A stretch of DNA of 64,000 bases from Fidelibacterota bacterium SCGC AAA298-D23 (GTDB lineage Bacteria > Fidelibacterota > Marinisomatia > Marinisomatales > Marinisomataceae). Of the stretch, positions 38,622-48,179 are shown piece by piece. Every line of letters begins with the position of its first letter. The stretch's first letter is position 1. Position numbers and translations under genes: made by a program. The notes under the pieces were generated by a model. The model saw only the letters and a list, made by a program, of their open reading frames with translations, had not been told where the DNA came from and did not search any database. The stretch is from positions 46,760 to 110,759 of the forward strand of contig AQSI01000001.1 of the NCBI GenBank assembly GCA_000402655.1, given 5' to 3'.

Positions 38622-39157
38622 TGATTAATTACATTCTTTCAAAATCAAACATATTAATTAATTATGTTGGATTCACTATTGTTTGGTTTTCATGTGTATA
38701 CAGCGGTGCGCAAGGAAATCCAATTATTGCCATTATACCTACCTTTATTTTTTTATTATTACATTTCTCAATTGTTACAGATCATTTAAAACAAGAAATC
38801 CAATTGATAATCATATCTATCATTCTTGGACTGGTTGTGGACTCCACTTTTTCTTTACTTGGGTTTGTGCAGTACAACGGTACGTTAGATTTCGCGCCAA
38901 ATCTAGCACCGCTATGGATAATTTGTATGTGGGCAGGTTTTACAGCTCAGATAAATCATGTGATGAAATTTTTGATTGGTAAATATACACTGATTTGTTT
39001 CTATGGATTACTAGCACCTTTAGCATATATTGCTGGGGAAGGCATTGGTGCAGCAATAGTTGAAGATACTTATCTATCTTATGGTTTTATAAGCATAGCT
39101 TGGTCGATAAGTTTATTATCTTTATTCAAAATTTCAGAAAACCTCATGAGTAAATAA
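38621..39157 (+). CDS. Polytopic membrane protein, DUF2878-like
   Basis: 178 aa with about 5 TM helices. APLWIICMWAGFT...LLAPLAYIAGEGIGA resembles DUF2878 (from memory). 1-nt overlap with the SRPBCC gene. Confidence 0.5.
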   Translation: MINYILSKSNILINYVGFTIVWFSCVYSGAQGNPIIAIIPTFIFLLLHFSIVTDHLKQEIQLIIISIILGLVVDSTFSLLGFVQYNGTLDFAPNLAPLWIICMWAGFTAQINHVMKFLIGKYTLICFYGLLAPLAYIAGEGIGAAIVEDTYLSYGFISIAWSISLLSLFKISENLMSK

Positions 39158-39158
39158 A

Positions 39159-40583
39159 ATGAGTAGAATTATTCTTTTAATTACATTATTTATTTTTGGT
39201 TGTGCATCACAAAAACCAATTGAACCCAATCAAGTCGTAGATTTTGATGTTCCTGAGAAATGGGAGGTTAATATTTCACAGAATTTAGATTTTGATCAAA
39301 AATGGTGGAATATTTTTGATGATGATAATCTTAATTCATTTGTGGTTGAATTCATGGATGAAAATATTAATCTCGAAAAAGCAATGCTTAATACTAGAAA
39401 AGCCAAGCAAGCTTCAGTTATAGCAACAGGTAGCTTATTGCCTTCAATTTCTATAAGTAGTGGTGTCGTAGAATCAGAACAGAATACTGCTGGTATCCCC
39501 ACAGTATTTTCAGCCTTATTAGGTCAATCATCAGATGAAGTAACTGTATTCACTCAAGAAAATTATAACTTATCTCTTGGTACTCAATGGGAAATTGATT
39601 TATGGGGTAAACTTCGTCAAGGAAGAATTGCAACTAAACAACAATATTTATCTGCTAAGTATTTTGAAGATTTCCTTAAGCTTTCACTTACTGCTGAAGC
39701 ATCTAAACTTTACTTTGCAATAATAGAAGCAGAGCAAGTTTTAAACAACGCATCAAAAAAACTTAAGAATGCAGAAACTATTTTTGAGTTATACTCTTTA
39801 CGCTACAACAAAGGGAGTATTTCCATACAAGCGTATCAACAATCAAAAATAATATTTAATGCTACAAAATCTGATTATAATAACAAACTTTTAATGGTCA
39901 ATTCTCTTAAAAGAGAAGCTAGACTACTTGTAAAAGACTATCCTTCAACAGAATTTTTAGTTAATAATAATTTTCCTAAAAAATTACCAAGTATTCCAAA
40001 TACTCTTCCTGCAGATATTGTAAAAAGAAGACCAGATCTAATTTCTCAACAATATAATCTACTTGCTAATAAAGCATTAGACAGACAAGCGCTTCTTACT
40101 TTATTCCCAACATTCAGTCTTAGTGGAAGCTATGGAAGCTCGTCAAATGATTTAGAAGACTTAACGAATGAAGATTTTTCAGTATGGAATAGAGGATTAA
40201 ACGTTTTTATGCCAGTATTTAATGCAGGAAAACTTATTGCAAATAAAAGATTGGCTAAATCTAACAGGGAAATTGCAATGCTTGATTTTGTTAATGCTCT
40301 GTTAACTGCATATAAAGAAATAGAAAGTGGATTTGAATCTGACTTGACTTCAAATCAAGCTTTAGAAATAATTAATGAAAATATTATTTTATCTGAAAAT
40401 ATTTACAATACAACTTTTGATGGATTCACGAAAGGATCTTCATCATTTGAAGATGCTATTAATGCCAATAATGCACTTTATGATAATCTTGATTTAAAAG
40501 CTCGATTAGAAAAAGTTCGCATAGAACAAAGAATAAATTTAATTTTAGCTCTTGGCGGAGGGTTTAACATAACAAATGATTAA
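39159..40583 (+). CDS. RND efflux outer-membrane factor lipoprotein (NodT/TolC family)
   Basis: 474 aa with lipobox LFIFGCAS. Two TolC-like repeat halves (DLWGKLRQG...). Confidence 0.85.
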   Translation: MSRIILLITLFIFGCASQKPIEPNQVVDFDVPEKWEVNISQNLDFDQKWWNIFDDDNLNSFVVEFMDENINLEKAMLNTRKAKQASVIATGSLLPSISISSGVVESEQNTAGIPTVFSALLGQSSDEVTVFTQENYNLSLGTQWEIDLWGKLRQGRIATKQQYLSAKYFEDFLKLSLTAEASKLYFAIIEAEQVLNNASKKLKNAETIFELYSLRYNKGSISIQAYQQSKIIFNATKSDYNNKLLMVNSLKREARLLVKDYPSTEFLVNNNFPKKLPSIPNTLPADIVKRRPDLISQQYNLLANKALDRQALLTLFPTFSLSGSYGSSSNDLEDLTNEDFSVWNRGLNVFMPVFNAGKLIANKRLAKSNREIAMLDFVNALLTAYKEIESGFESDLTSNQALEIINENIILSENIYNTTFDGFTKGSSSFEDAINANNALYDNLDLKARLEKVRIEQRINLILALGGGFNITND

Positions 40584-41718
40584 AAAATTAAAACCTTTAT
40601 TTATTTTATTGGGAGCATTTGCTTTATCGTATTTGCTCTGGTTTCTAGGACAAGTTCAGCCTGATCCAGTTGAAGAATTACCTCCACCAGATGTTATTAT
40701 TGAAATTTTAACACCAAAAGATTTTCAAGTTCAAATAAGTTCAAATGGTACAACAACCCCCCTTACTCAAACAGTGTTAACTGCAGAAGTAGGTGGTGAA
40801 GTTATTTATCGTTCAAAAAAGTTTGCAGAAGGTGCATCAGTTATTGAAGGTGAAATTTTAGCAAAAATTGATGACACAGATTTACAACTTCAATACAAAA
40901 ATGCCTTATTACAATTGGCGAATGCTGAAGTTCAATATTCTCTACAATTAGCCGAAGCTGAAGTTGCAAAAGAAGCTTGGGATAAAATTGGTGATGGAGT
41001 TGCAAGTGATTTGACTCTCAAAAAACCACAATTGAAACAAGCAGAAGCTTTCTTAGAGGTTGCAAAAGCACAAGTAAGTTCTGCAGCAAAAAAATTAAAT
41101 AAAACCGAGATTATTGCTCCATATGCTGGAAGAATTCAAAATGTTAATATTGACCTGGGGACTACTATTATTCCTGGTCAACCAGTTGGAGCAATGTATA
41201 CATCAAGTGAAATTGAAATTACATTAGCTGTGAAAGATAATGATTTACAATTTTTAAGTATTCCAATGGATGGAAGAAAACTTAATCCAAGTGAACAAGC
41301 ATCGGTAGTAATCGAAAGTTTTTACAAAGGAAAAACTCAATCTTGGAAAGGTAAACTTGAGAGAGTTGACGGGGTTATAGATCCTGTAACAAGAATGATT
41401 AATCTTATAGCGGTCTTTAAAAACGACTTTATTGAATCAGATAAACCTAATCTTCCTATTGGCCTTTTTGTTGAAGCAAAAATTGATGGCATTACATTAA
41501 AAAATATTTTTGAAATTCCAATTAATTCTATTTCAGAAGACAATGAAGTATATATTGTTGACAAAGATAATCAACTCGAGTTAAGAGAATTAACCATTTT
41601 AAAAAAATATAGTGAATTTGTGATTATTAAGGATGGATTAAAAGCTGGGGAGAGGATTGTTACTTCAAAACTTTCTACAGCTTCGAACGGAATTAAAGTT
41701 AACCCAGTTTATAAATAA
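40576..41718 (+). CDS. RND efflux periplasmic adaptor (membrane fusion protein)
   Basis: 380 aa with an N-terminal anchor, a coiled-coil hairpin (QLQYKNALLQLANAEVQY) and the lipoyl-like APYAGRIQNV. Confidence 0.85.
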   Translation: MIKKLKPLFILLGAFALSYLLWFLGQVQPDPVEELPPPDVIIEILTPKDFQVQISSNGTTTPLTQTVLTAEVGGEVIYRSKKFAEGASVIEGEILAKIDDTDLQLQYKNALLQLANAEVQYSLQLAEAEVAKEAWDKIGDGVASDLTLKKPQLKQAEAFLEVAKAQVSSAAKKLNKTEIIAPYAGRIQNVNIDLGTTIIPGQPVGAMYTSSEIEITLAVKDNDLQFLSIPMDGRKLNPSEQASVVIESFYKGKTQSWKGKLERVDGVIDPVTRMINLIAVFKNDFIESDKPNLPIGLFVEAKIDGITLKNIFEIPINSISEDNEVYIVDKDNQLELRELTILKKYSEFVIIKDGLKAGERIVTSKLSTASNGIKVNPVYK

Positions 41719-44700
41719 TGCGCAGTATAGTTACTTGGTTTGTTAATAATAGTGTTCCTGCAAACCTATTTATGTTTTTTTTAATAGTTGGTGGATTTTT
41801 TGTATCATACCCCTCAATAAAAGCTGAATTCTTCCCGGTACCAGATCCCAAAGCAGTAACGATTATAGTACCATACCCTGGAGCTTCTGCTTCAGAAGTT
41901 GAAGCTTCAATTTCTTCAAAAATTGAAGATAGACTCGAAGGTGTTTCAGGAATAAAAAAAATAAATTCAAATTCTTTAGAAGGTGGTGGATATGTAGGAG
42001 TTAGAATATTCGCTAGTGCTGATTTTGATAATACTTTTGAAGAAATCAAAACTATTGTTGATGGAATAACCACATTTCCAGAAAATAGTGAAGAGCCTAT
42101 TGTCAAGAAACTTGAAATAACCGAAAAAGTTCTGGATGTTGTTATTCATGGTGATGTAGATGAAAACGTTTTACTTAGTGTTACAAAAAGTATTAATGAT
42201 GAAATAAAAAATCTTAGTGAAGTTTCGTTTACAGAAATTAATGGAAATAGAAATAGAGAAATATCCATTGAAATTTCTGAAAATAATTTAGAAAAATATA
42301 ATCTTACTTTTGATGAGATTGCATTTGCTATAAATATGGGCTCAATCGATTTACCTGGTGGTGTTATCTCTAGCACTAAAGGTGACCTACTTATAAGAAC
42401 AGTTGGCCAGTCATACAAAGGTGATGAATTTGAAAATATTGTAATTAGAACAAATGCAAATGGTAGCACTCTGCTCTTGAAAGACGTTGCAATTATTAAA
42501 GATACTTTTGAAGACGTTGATAAATTTTTCAAATGGAATGGTACTAAAGCAATGTTTATAAGTGTAAATCTAGTTGGTGACCAAGATGTTTTAGATGCTG
42601 CCAATCAACTAAGGAATTTTGTAAAAAATAAAAAAAATGATATGCCCGAAAATATTCAAATTGATTATTGGTATGATCAAGCAAGATTTCTTGAGGATAG
42701 AATAAATATTTTATACAAAAATTTTGCAATTGGAATGTGCTTAGTTTTGATTCTTTTGACTATGTTTTTAAGGCCATCAGTTGCTTTTTGGGTTGCTATG
42801 GGTATTCCTATATCTTTTGGAGGTGCATTATTATTACTACCAATCTTAGGAGTTACAATAAATGTATTATCAACTTTTATGTTTATAGTTGTACTTGGAA
42901 TTGTGGTTGATGATGCCATTATTGTTGGTGAAAATGTATTTCGTCGAAGAATAAAGCTCAATGAAGATAATTTTACTTCCACCGTAAAGGGTACTATGGA
43001 AGTTATGCTTCCAGTATTTTTTGGAATTTTAACAACAATAGTTGTTTTTGCGCCTATGCTTGATTTAGCAGGAGATACTGGACCAATATGGAGGACATTT
43101 CCTTTAACAGCTATTCCTATTTTGGTTTTTTCACTTATAGAATCAACAACAATTTTACCTGCACATTTAAATCATGCTGGCGAATGGTTTCAGTATCGTT
43201 TTGTAAAATTTGGAAACGTCCTAAAATCTGCAAGAAATTATTTCTCGGAAAAATTATATACTTTCGTCGATAATAGTTGGCTTCCCTTGGTGCAAAAATC
43301 TATCAAAAATCGTTATCAAACTGTTTCAATTTTTGTAGGTGTACTACTTGTTTCATTTTCATTACTTGCTGGCGGATGGGTTAAATGGCAGTTTTTCCCA
43401 GTACTAGAAGCTGAAGAAATTGCAATTGTTATTGATCTTCCGGAAGGAACGCCAATTAATATAACAGAGAATGTGACAAAAATGGTTGAGACAGAAGCTT
43501 TAAAACTTAAAAATGAATTGAATTCGGAAAATAATAGAAAAATAATATCCCACGTTATGACAACTATAGGTGATCAGTATTTTAGTGCACAAGAAGCAGA
43601 AAGTAGTCCAACTGGACCAGTACTTAAAGCCAGCTCTACTCCTCATCTTGGTGAAATCGTAGTTATATTAACCCCTGCTGATAGTAGATGGGGATTAACT
43701 GGTGCTTATGATATTATTAATATTTTAAGAGAAAGAGTTGGAGTTATTCCTGGTGTTGAAAGATTGAATTTTAGTGCAAATATCTTTAGTGCTGGAAAAC
43801 CAATTCATTTTGAATTTTTAGGTAATAACTTTGGCGATTTAAATCGAGTAGTTAAAGATACTAAATCACTTCTTAGTAATTATTCTGGTATATATGATTT
43901 AAATGATTCTGATAAAATTGGTAAAAGTGAACTACAAATAGAGCTACTACCCGCAGCAGAATCATATGGACTGACTACAGCTGTAATAGCAAACCAAGTA
44001 AGACAAGCATTCTATGGAGAAGAAGTTCAAAGAATACAACGCCAAGATGATGATATCAAAGTTATGCTAAAACTAACAAAAAATGAGCGAGATAATTCAC
44101 GAACACTTGAAAATTTAAGAATTAGAACAAATAATGGCATCAAAATACCACTATATGCTGTTGCAAAAGTAAAAGAGATACCAGGAAAATCTGCAATTAA
44201 AAGAATTGATGGTAAAAGGGTCGTAGAGGTTACCTCTGATGTTGACATAAGTAAAAATACATCCTCAATGATATTATCTACAATGATTGGCCCAGAAGGA
44301 AATCCAATAAATAGTTTGAAAAATATCTTAGATAAAGAACCAGGAGTATCTTTTTCCCTAGCTGGAGAACCAGCAGAGCAAGCTGAACAACTTCAAGATA
44401 TTTTTGTAAAATTTCTGATAGCAATTTTTACCATTTTTGTTCTCTTAGCAATTCCTTTAAAATCATATTTCAAGCCGTTAATAATTCTTTCAGCTATTCC
44501 ATTTGGAATGGTTGGTGCAATTATTGGGCATTTAATTCTTTTTCAGCCGATGTCAGTTTTGTCTCTATTGGGTGTAGTAGCTCTTTCCGGTGTTGTAGTA
44601 AATGATAGTTTACTTTTAGTTGTTTTTGTAAATAGAGCTAAAGAAAATGGTGATGATACCCTGACAGCAGTAATCGATGCAGTTCGATCAAGATTTAGAC

Positions 44701-44915
44701 CAGTTATACTTACATCTCTTACAACTTTCTTGGGAATTGCACCCTTGTTATTTAATCAATCAACGCAAGTTCTATTCCTCAAACCAATGGCAATTTCATT
44801 AGGAATAGGAATTTTATTTGCAACTTTTGTAATACTTCTTCTTGTTCCAGTTTCATATGTAATAATTGATGATTTTATTAATCTGATAACTAGAAATAAA
44901 AATAAAAGCGCCTAG
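41718..44915 (+). CDS. RND efflux permease (AcrB/AcrD/AcrF superfamily)
   Basis: 1065 aa with 12-TM RND architecture. Conserved VLGIVVDDAIIVGEN and ALSGVVVNDSLLLV TM4/TM10 motifs. Confidence 0.9.
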   Translation: MRSIVTWFVNNSVPANLFMFFLIVGGFFVSYPSIKAEFFPVPDPKAVTIIVPYPGASASEVEASISSKIEDRLEGVSGIKKINSNSLEGGGYVGVRIFASADFDNTFEEIKTIVDGITTFPENSEEPIVKKLEITEKVLDVVIHGDVDENVLLSVTKSINDEIKNLSEVSFTEINGNRNREISIEISENNLEKYNLTFDEIAFAINMGSIDLPGGVISSTKGDLLIRTVGQSYKGDEFENIVIRTNANGSTLLLKDVAIIKDTFEDVDKFFKWNGTKAMFISVNLVGDQDVLDAANQLRNFVKNKKNDMPENIQIDYWYDQARFLEDRINILYKNFAIGMCLVLILLTMFLRPSVAFWVAMGIPISFGGALLLLPILGVTINVLSTFMFIVVLGIVVDDAIIVGENVFRRRIKLNEDNFTSTVKGTMEVMLPVFFGILTTIVVFAPMLDLAGDTGPIWRTFPLTAIPILVFSLIESTTILPAHLNHAGEWFQYRFVKFGNVLKSARNYFSEKLYTFVDNSWLPLVQKSIKNRYQTVSIFVGVLLVSFSLLAGGWVKWQFFPVLEAEEIAIVIDLPEGTPINITENVTKMVETEALKLKNELNSENNRKIISHVMTTIGDQYFSAQEAESSPTGPVLKASSTPHLGEIVVILTPADSRWGLTGAYDIINILRERVGVIPGVERLNFSANIFSAGKPIHFEFLGNNFGDLNRVVKDTKSLLSNYSGIYDLNDSDKIGKSELQIELLPAAESYGLTTAVIANQVRQAFYGEEVQRIQRQDDDIKVMLKLTKNERDNSRTLENLRIRTNNGIKIPLYAVAKVKEIPGKSAIKRIDGKRVVEVTSDVDISKNTSSMILSTMIGPEGNPINSLKNILDKEPGVSFSLAGEPAEQAEQLQDIFVKFLIAIFTIFVLLAIPLKSYFKPLIILSAIPFGMVGAIIGHLILFQPMSVLSLLGVVALSGVVVNDSLLLVVFVNRAKENGDDTLTAVIDAVRSRFRPVILTSLTTFLGIAPLLFNQSTQVLFLKPMAISLGIGILFATFVILLLVPVSYVIIDDFINLITRNKNKSA

Positions 44916-45526
44916 GCTTCAAACTGAGAATAGTTGTGATATCCAACTTTGGCAGGATCATCATAATCAATCTTTACAATAGCTTTCTTTAAAATTCTTT
45001 TAAGAATGACTAGTCTATCCTTTTCCGATTGACTTTTTAATAACATTTTTTTTGCTCGCTTATCTAAATCTAGCATGGATGCAATTTCGAATGCAGCTTT
45101 AGGCATACTTATTTGGGCAATTTTTGAGGAAGCACCTAATTTCATTAATACTTCATAAAGAAAAACATTAGTTTCTTGGAGTAATGTTTCATCTATTGAA
45201 TCATCAATATCCTGCCAAGTTTTTACGTAAGCTTGTTTATAGTCCTTCGAGTAGTTATAACTTTTTACTATAAATCTTTCGACTCCTGTTACAAGAATAT
45301 CATATTCTCCCGTATCGCCTTCAGCTGCAGTGATTTGGGTAATTTCAGCTGTGCATCCAATTGATAGAGTATCATTATTTCTTGAATTAATAATACCAAA
45401 CTTTTGATTATGTTTTAAGCAATATTCAACCATCTTCTTGTACTTAGCTTCGAAAATGTGTAATGGAAGCTTTTCACCTGGAAGTAGAACTAAAGGAAGC
45501 GGAAAAATTGGAATTTTATCATTCAT
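44912..45526 (-). CDS. LON N-terminal (PUA-like) domain protein
   Basis: 204 aa. IPIFPLPLVLLPGEKLPLHIFEAKYKKMV matches the Lon substrate-binding domain start. No AAA+ or protease domains. Confidence 0.75.
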   Translation of the reverse strand: MNDKIPIFPLPLVLLPGEKLPLHIFEAKYKKMVEYCLKHNQKFGIINSRNNDTLSIGCTAEITQITAAEGDTGEYDILVTGVERFIVKSYNYSKDYKQAYVKTWQDIDDSIDETLLQETNVFLYEVLMKLGASSKIAQISMPKAAFEIASMLDLDKRAKKMLLKSQSEKDRLVILKRILKKAIVKIDYDDPAKVGYHNYSQFEA

Positions 45527-45600
45527 AGTATTATCAAAATACGTATTGTTTTATTAATTTTCACTATCAAAATTTTAAAATTCAATTAAAAAAGGTAAAA

Positions 45601-45897
45601 ATGAAAAAAGACATATTAGATCATGTAGCTATTTGTACTGACGATATTAAAAAGTCAGTTATTTGGTATACTGAAAATTTTAAATGTAGTATTTTGTATC
45701 AAGATAGTTCTTGGGCGATGCTTGAATTTGAAAATGTTAAACTAGCATTAGTCCTACCAGATCAACACCCCTTTCACTTTGCAATTTTGAAGGATAACGT
45801 AGAGGATTACGGTAAACCTGTAACCCATAGAGATGGTTCTGTATCTGTCTATATAAAAGATAGATCTGGTAATAATATTGAAATACTGAGGTACTAA
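45601..45897 (+). CDS. VOC (glyoxalase/bleomycin-resistance/dioxygenase) family protein
   Basis: 98 aa. HVAICTDDIKKSVIWY...GNNIEIL shows the paired beta-alpha-beta-beta-beta pattern. Confidence 0.65.
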   Translation: MKKDILDHVAICTDDIKKSVIWYTENFKCSILYQDSSWAMLEFENVKLALVLPDQHPFHFAILKDNVEDYGKPVTHRDGSVSVYIKDRSGNNIEILRY

Positions 45898-45898
45898 A

Positions 45899-46762
45899 AT
45901 GAAAAGAATAGTTATCATGAATTGTATTACAATATCACTTATAGTGATTTTATCATATATTTCTACTGTAGACAATCAGGTCCTTGCTAATCATTATTTA
46001 TTGTATGGGTTTGGATCTGTAATTGCATTTATGACTTTCTTATGGATTGTTAGCTTGCTCGTTAAAGATGCAAGTATAGTAGATATTTTTTGGGGACCTG
46101 CATTTATAGTTCTCGGTTCTTCACTTCTTATATCAATGGATCAAGTTTATTCTGAAAGATCATTGTTTATACTTTTTCTTGTATCACTGTGGGCAATAAG
46201 ATTAGCATCTCACATTGGTTTCCGAAATATTGGTCATGGAGAAGATTTTAGATATGTTGAATGGAGAAATGAAAGTGGAAAAAGCTATTGGTGGCATAGT
46301 TTTATTAGAGTTTTTCTTCTTCAGGGGAGTTTATGCACATTAGTAGGTGTATCTATTTACTTTGGTTATTTAAATGAGAAACCTTTATCATTTATAGAAA
46401 CTATGTTTTGCTCAACAATCTTTTTTATTGGTTTTGCATGGGAATCAATTAGCGATTTACAATTAAAAGCTTTTAAAAAAGATCCAAAAAATAAAGGAAA
46501 GATTTGCAAAAATGGTTTATGGAAATTTTCAAGACATCCAAATTATTTTGGGGATCTTGTTGTATGGATTAGCATCTTCTCTTTTAGTATATCAAGTGAA
46601 AATCTTTTATTAATTACAGGATCTATATTAAGTCCATTGATTATGGGGTTAATTTTTTATTATATTACTGGCCCTATTATGGATCAAGCTATGATGCAAA
46701 GTAGGCCAGATTATAAAAAATACATGGAAAATAGTAATTCGCTATTACCAAAATTTAAATGA
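45899..46762 (+). CDS. DUF1295 / steroid-5-alpha-reductase-like membrane protein
   Basis: 287 aa, polytopic. GLWKFSRHPNYFGD is the family motif. Confidence 0.75.
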   Translation: MKRIVIMNCITISLIVILSYISTVDNQVLANHYLLYGFGSVIAFMTFLWIVSLLVKDASIVDIFWGPAFIVLGSSLLISMDQVYSERSLFILFLVSLWAIRLASHIGFRNIGHGEDFRYVEWRNESGKSYWWHSFIRVFLLQGSLCTLVGVSIYFGYLNEKPLSFIETMFCSTIFFIGFAWESISDLQLKAFKKDPKNKGKICKNGLWKFSRHPNYFGDLVVWISIFSFSISSENLLLITGSILSPLIMGLIFYYITGPIMDQAMMQSRPDYKKYMENSNSLLPKFK

Positions 46763-46774
46763 AAGAGGGGAAAA

Positions 46775-47221
46775 ATGTATAACAAGTTATTGTTAACACT
46801 TTCAATATTCATATTTATTGCATGCGGTGGTGGAACTCCAAAGGAAGCGCAAGTAGTAAATATCGGATCTTTAGGTGCTGAAATGAAATATGATGTAGAA
46901 GAATTCACAGTTAAAGCAGGTTCCAAAGTAAAGATTGTTTTGAAAAACAATACTCCTTTAGACTTTATGGGTGAAATGCAACATAATATTGTCATTTTTA
47001 AAGATGAAGCAGCTGCTCCAGAGATTATAAAATTATCTGAAAGCTACTTTGGCGGAGATGCACCTGACGATAATAGAATTCTAGCAAAATCTATATTAAT
47101 AGATAAGCAAGAAGAAACTGCTATCGAATTTGACGCGCCGAAAAAGCCAGGTAAATATTTGTATGTATGTACATATATTGCTCATGCAGGATCAATGCGT
47201 GGTTATATGATTGTTGAGTAA
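46775..47221 (+). CDS. Azurin-like type-1 copper (cupredoxin) lipoprotein
   Basis: 148 aa with lipobox FIACGG. Type-1 Cu ligands: QHNIVIF (His) and CTYIAHAGSM. The latter has Cys-x4-His-x3-Met spacing, identical to azurin CTFPGHSALM. Confidence 0.75.
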   Translation: MYNKLLLTLSIFIFIACGGGTPKEAQVVNIGSLGAEMKYDVEEFTVKAGSKVKIVLKNNTPLDFMGEMQHNIVIFKDEAAAPEIIKLSESYFGGDAPDDNRILAKSILIDKQEETAIEFDAPKKPGKYLYVCTYIAHAGSMRGYMIVE

Positions 47222-47246
47222 TTTCTTTAAATAGAAATTAACTGTC

Positions 47247-47275
47247 TTGAATGAATTGCAAATTGTGCATATATT
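47247..47275 (+). promoter_or_regulatory. Candidate sigma70-type promoter for the FTR1 gene with overlapping dyad
   Basis: TTGAAT (47247..47252), 17-nt spacer, TATATT (47270..47275). The inverted repeat GAATTG (47253..47258) / CAATTC (47277..47282) brackets the spacer and -10. Hairpin TTGAGA-CCTAA-TCTCAA (47288..47304) sits in the leader. Confidence 0.3.
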
Positions 47276-47315
47276 ACAATTCTAATATTGAGACCTAATC
47301 TCAAAAGGGGATAAA

Positions 47316-48179
47316 ATGAGCGAATTTTTAATAATGTTTAGAGAAGTACTAGAAGGTGTTCTTGTAGTTGGAATACTGTATACTTTCATTGTTAAAACAG
47401 GTAGAGACCATCTAAAAAGAAGTATTATTAATGGCATAATTGCATCATTTATCGCTACTGGAATCTTTGCCGTTGTATTTCAAATTTTATATGGAGGCTT
47501 TGAAGGGAAACAGGCTGCATTATTTGAAGGAACAACAATGTTAATTGCCGCTTTTTTGCTTTCTACAATGATTATATGGATGGGAAGAAATAAAAATGTA
47601 GCTGCTAGTTTAGAAAAAGAAGCCTCAGACATTATTGAAAAAGATAAGAATGTTTCTTTAGGTCTTTTTGCATTAACATTTTTTGCAATTTTCAGAGAAG
47701 GTGTTGAAGTTGTGCTTTTCATGTATGCTATTTTGATTCAATCAAGTGGTCTTTCCATTAGTGGTTCAATTTTAGGATCTATTGTTGCACTTATGATTGG
47801 TTACGCAATCTTTGTTCAAGGGAAAAGGGTTCCTTTGAAACAGTTCTTTAATGTTACATCTATATTACTCATTTTTGTGTGCGCTGGGTTAGTTGCGTAT
47901 GGTGTTCATGAATTTGAAGAAGCATTTTACACAAAAGATGAAATGAAGCAAATGGAAATATGGAATGTTAATGATAAAGGTCCCATTTTTGGCTTTAATA
48001 TTGATAATAATGGAACTCCTAAACCACTGTTAAGTGATAAGGGTGCAATAGGACAATTATTCAAAGGTTTTTTTGGATACAATGGCAATCCAACCTCTAC
48101 TGAGCTTTTAAGCTGGTTACTAACTTTAACCCTAGTTTCGTATTTTTGGAAAAGAGCGTCTAATCCTAAAAAAACATAG
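47316..48179 (+). CDS. FTR1-family high-affinity iron permease
   Basis: 287 aa with 7 TM helices. Both REXXE iron-binding motifs are present (FREVLEG near the N-terminus, FREGVEV in TM4). Confidence 0.85.
   Translation: MSEFLIMFREVLEGVLVVGILYTFIVKTGRDHLKRSIINGIIASFIATGIFAVVFQILYGGFEGKQAALFEGTTMLIAAFLLSTMIIWMGRNKNVAASLEKEASDIIEKDKNVSLGLFALTFFAIFREGVEVVLFMYAILIQSSGLSISGSILGSIVALMIGYAIFVQGKRVPLKQFFNVTSILLIFVCAGLVAYGVHEFEEAFYTKDEMKQMEIWNVNDKGPIFGFNIDNNGTPKPLLSDKGAIGQLFKGFFGYNGNPTSTELLSWLLTLTLVSYFWKRASNPKKT

Noticed and set aside
41699-42982. Three sizeable antisense ORFs (41699..42106, 42146..42604, 42677..42982) inside the RND permease gene
   Set aside because: They lie entirely antisense to a confidently identified 1065-aa RND gene. 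Their sequences are low-complexity Ser/Ile/Phe/Leu-rich, as expected from the reverse frame of AT-rich coding DNA, and they have no SD or motif.
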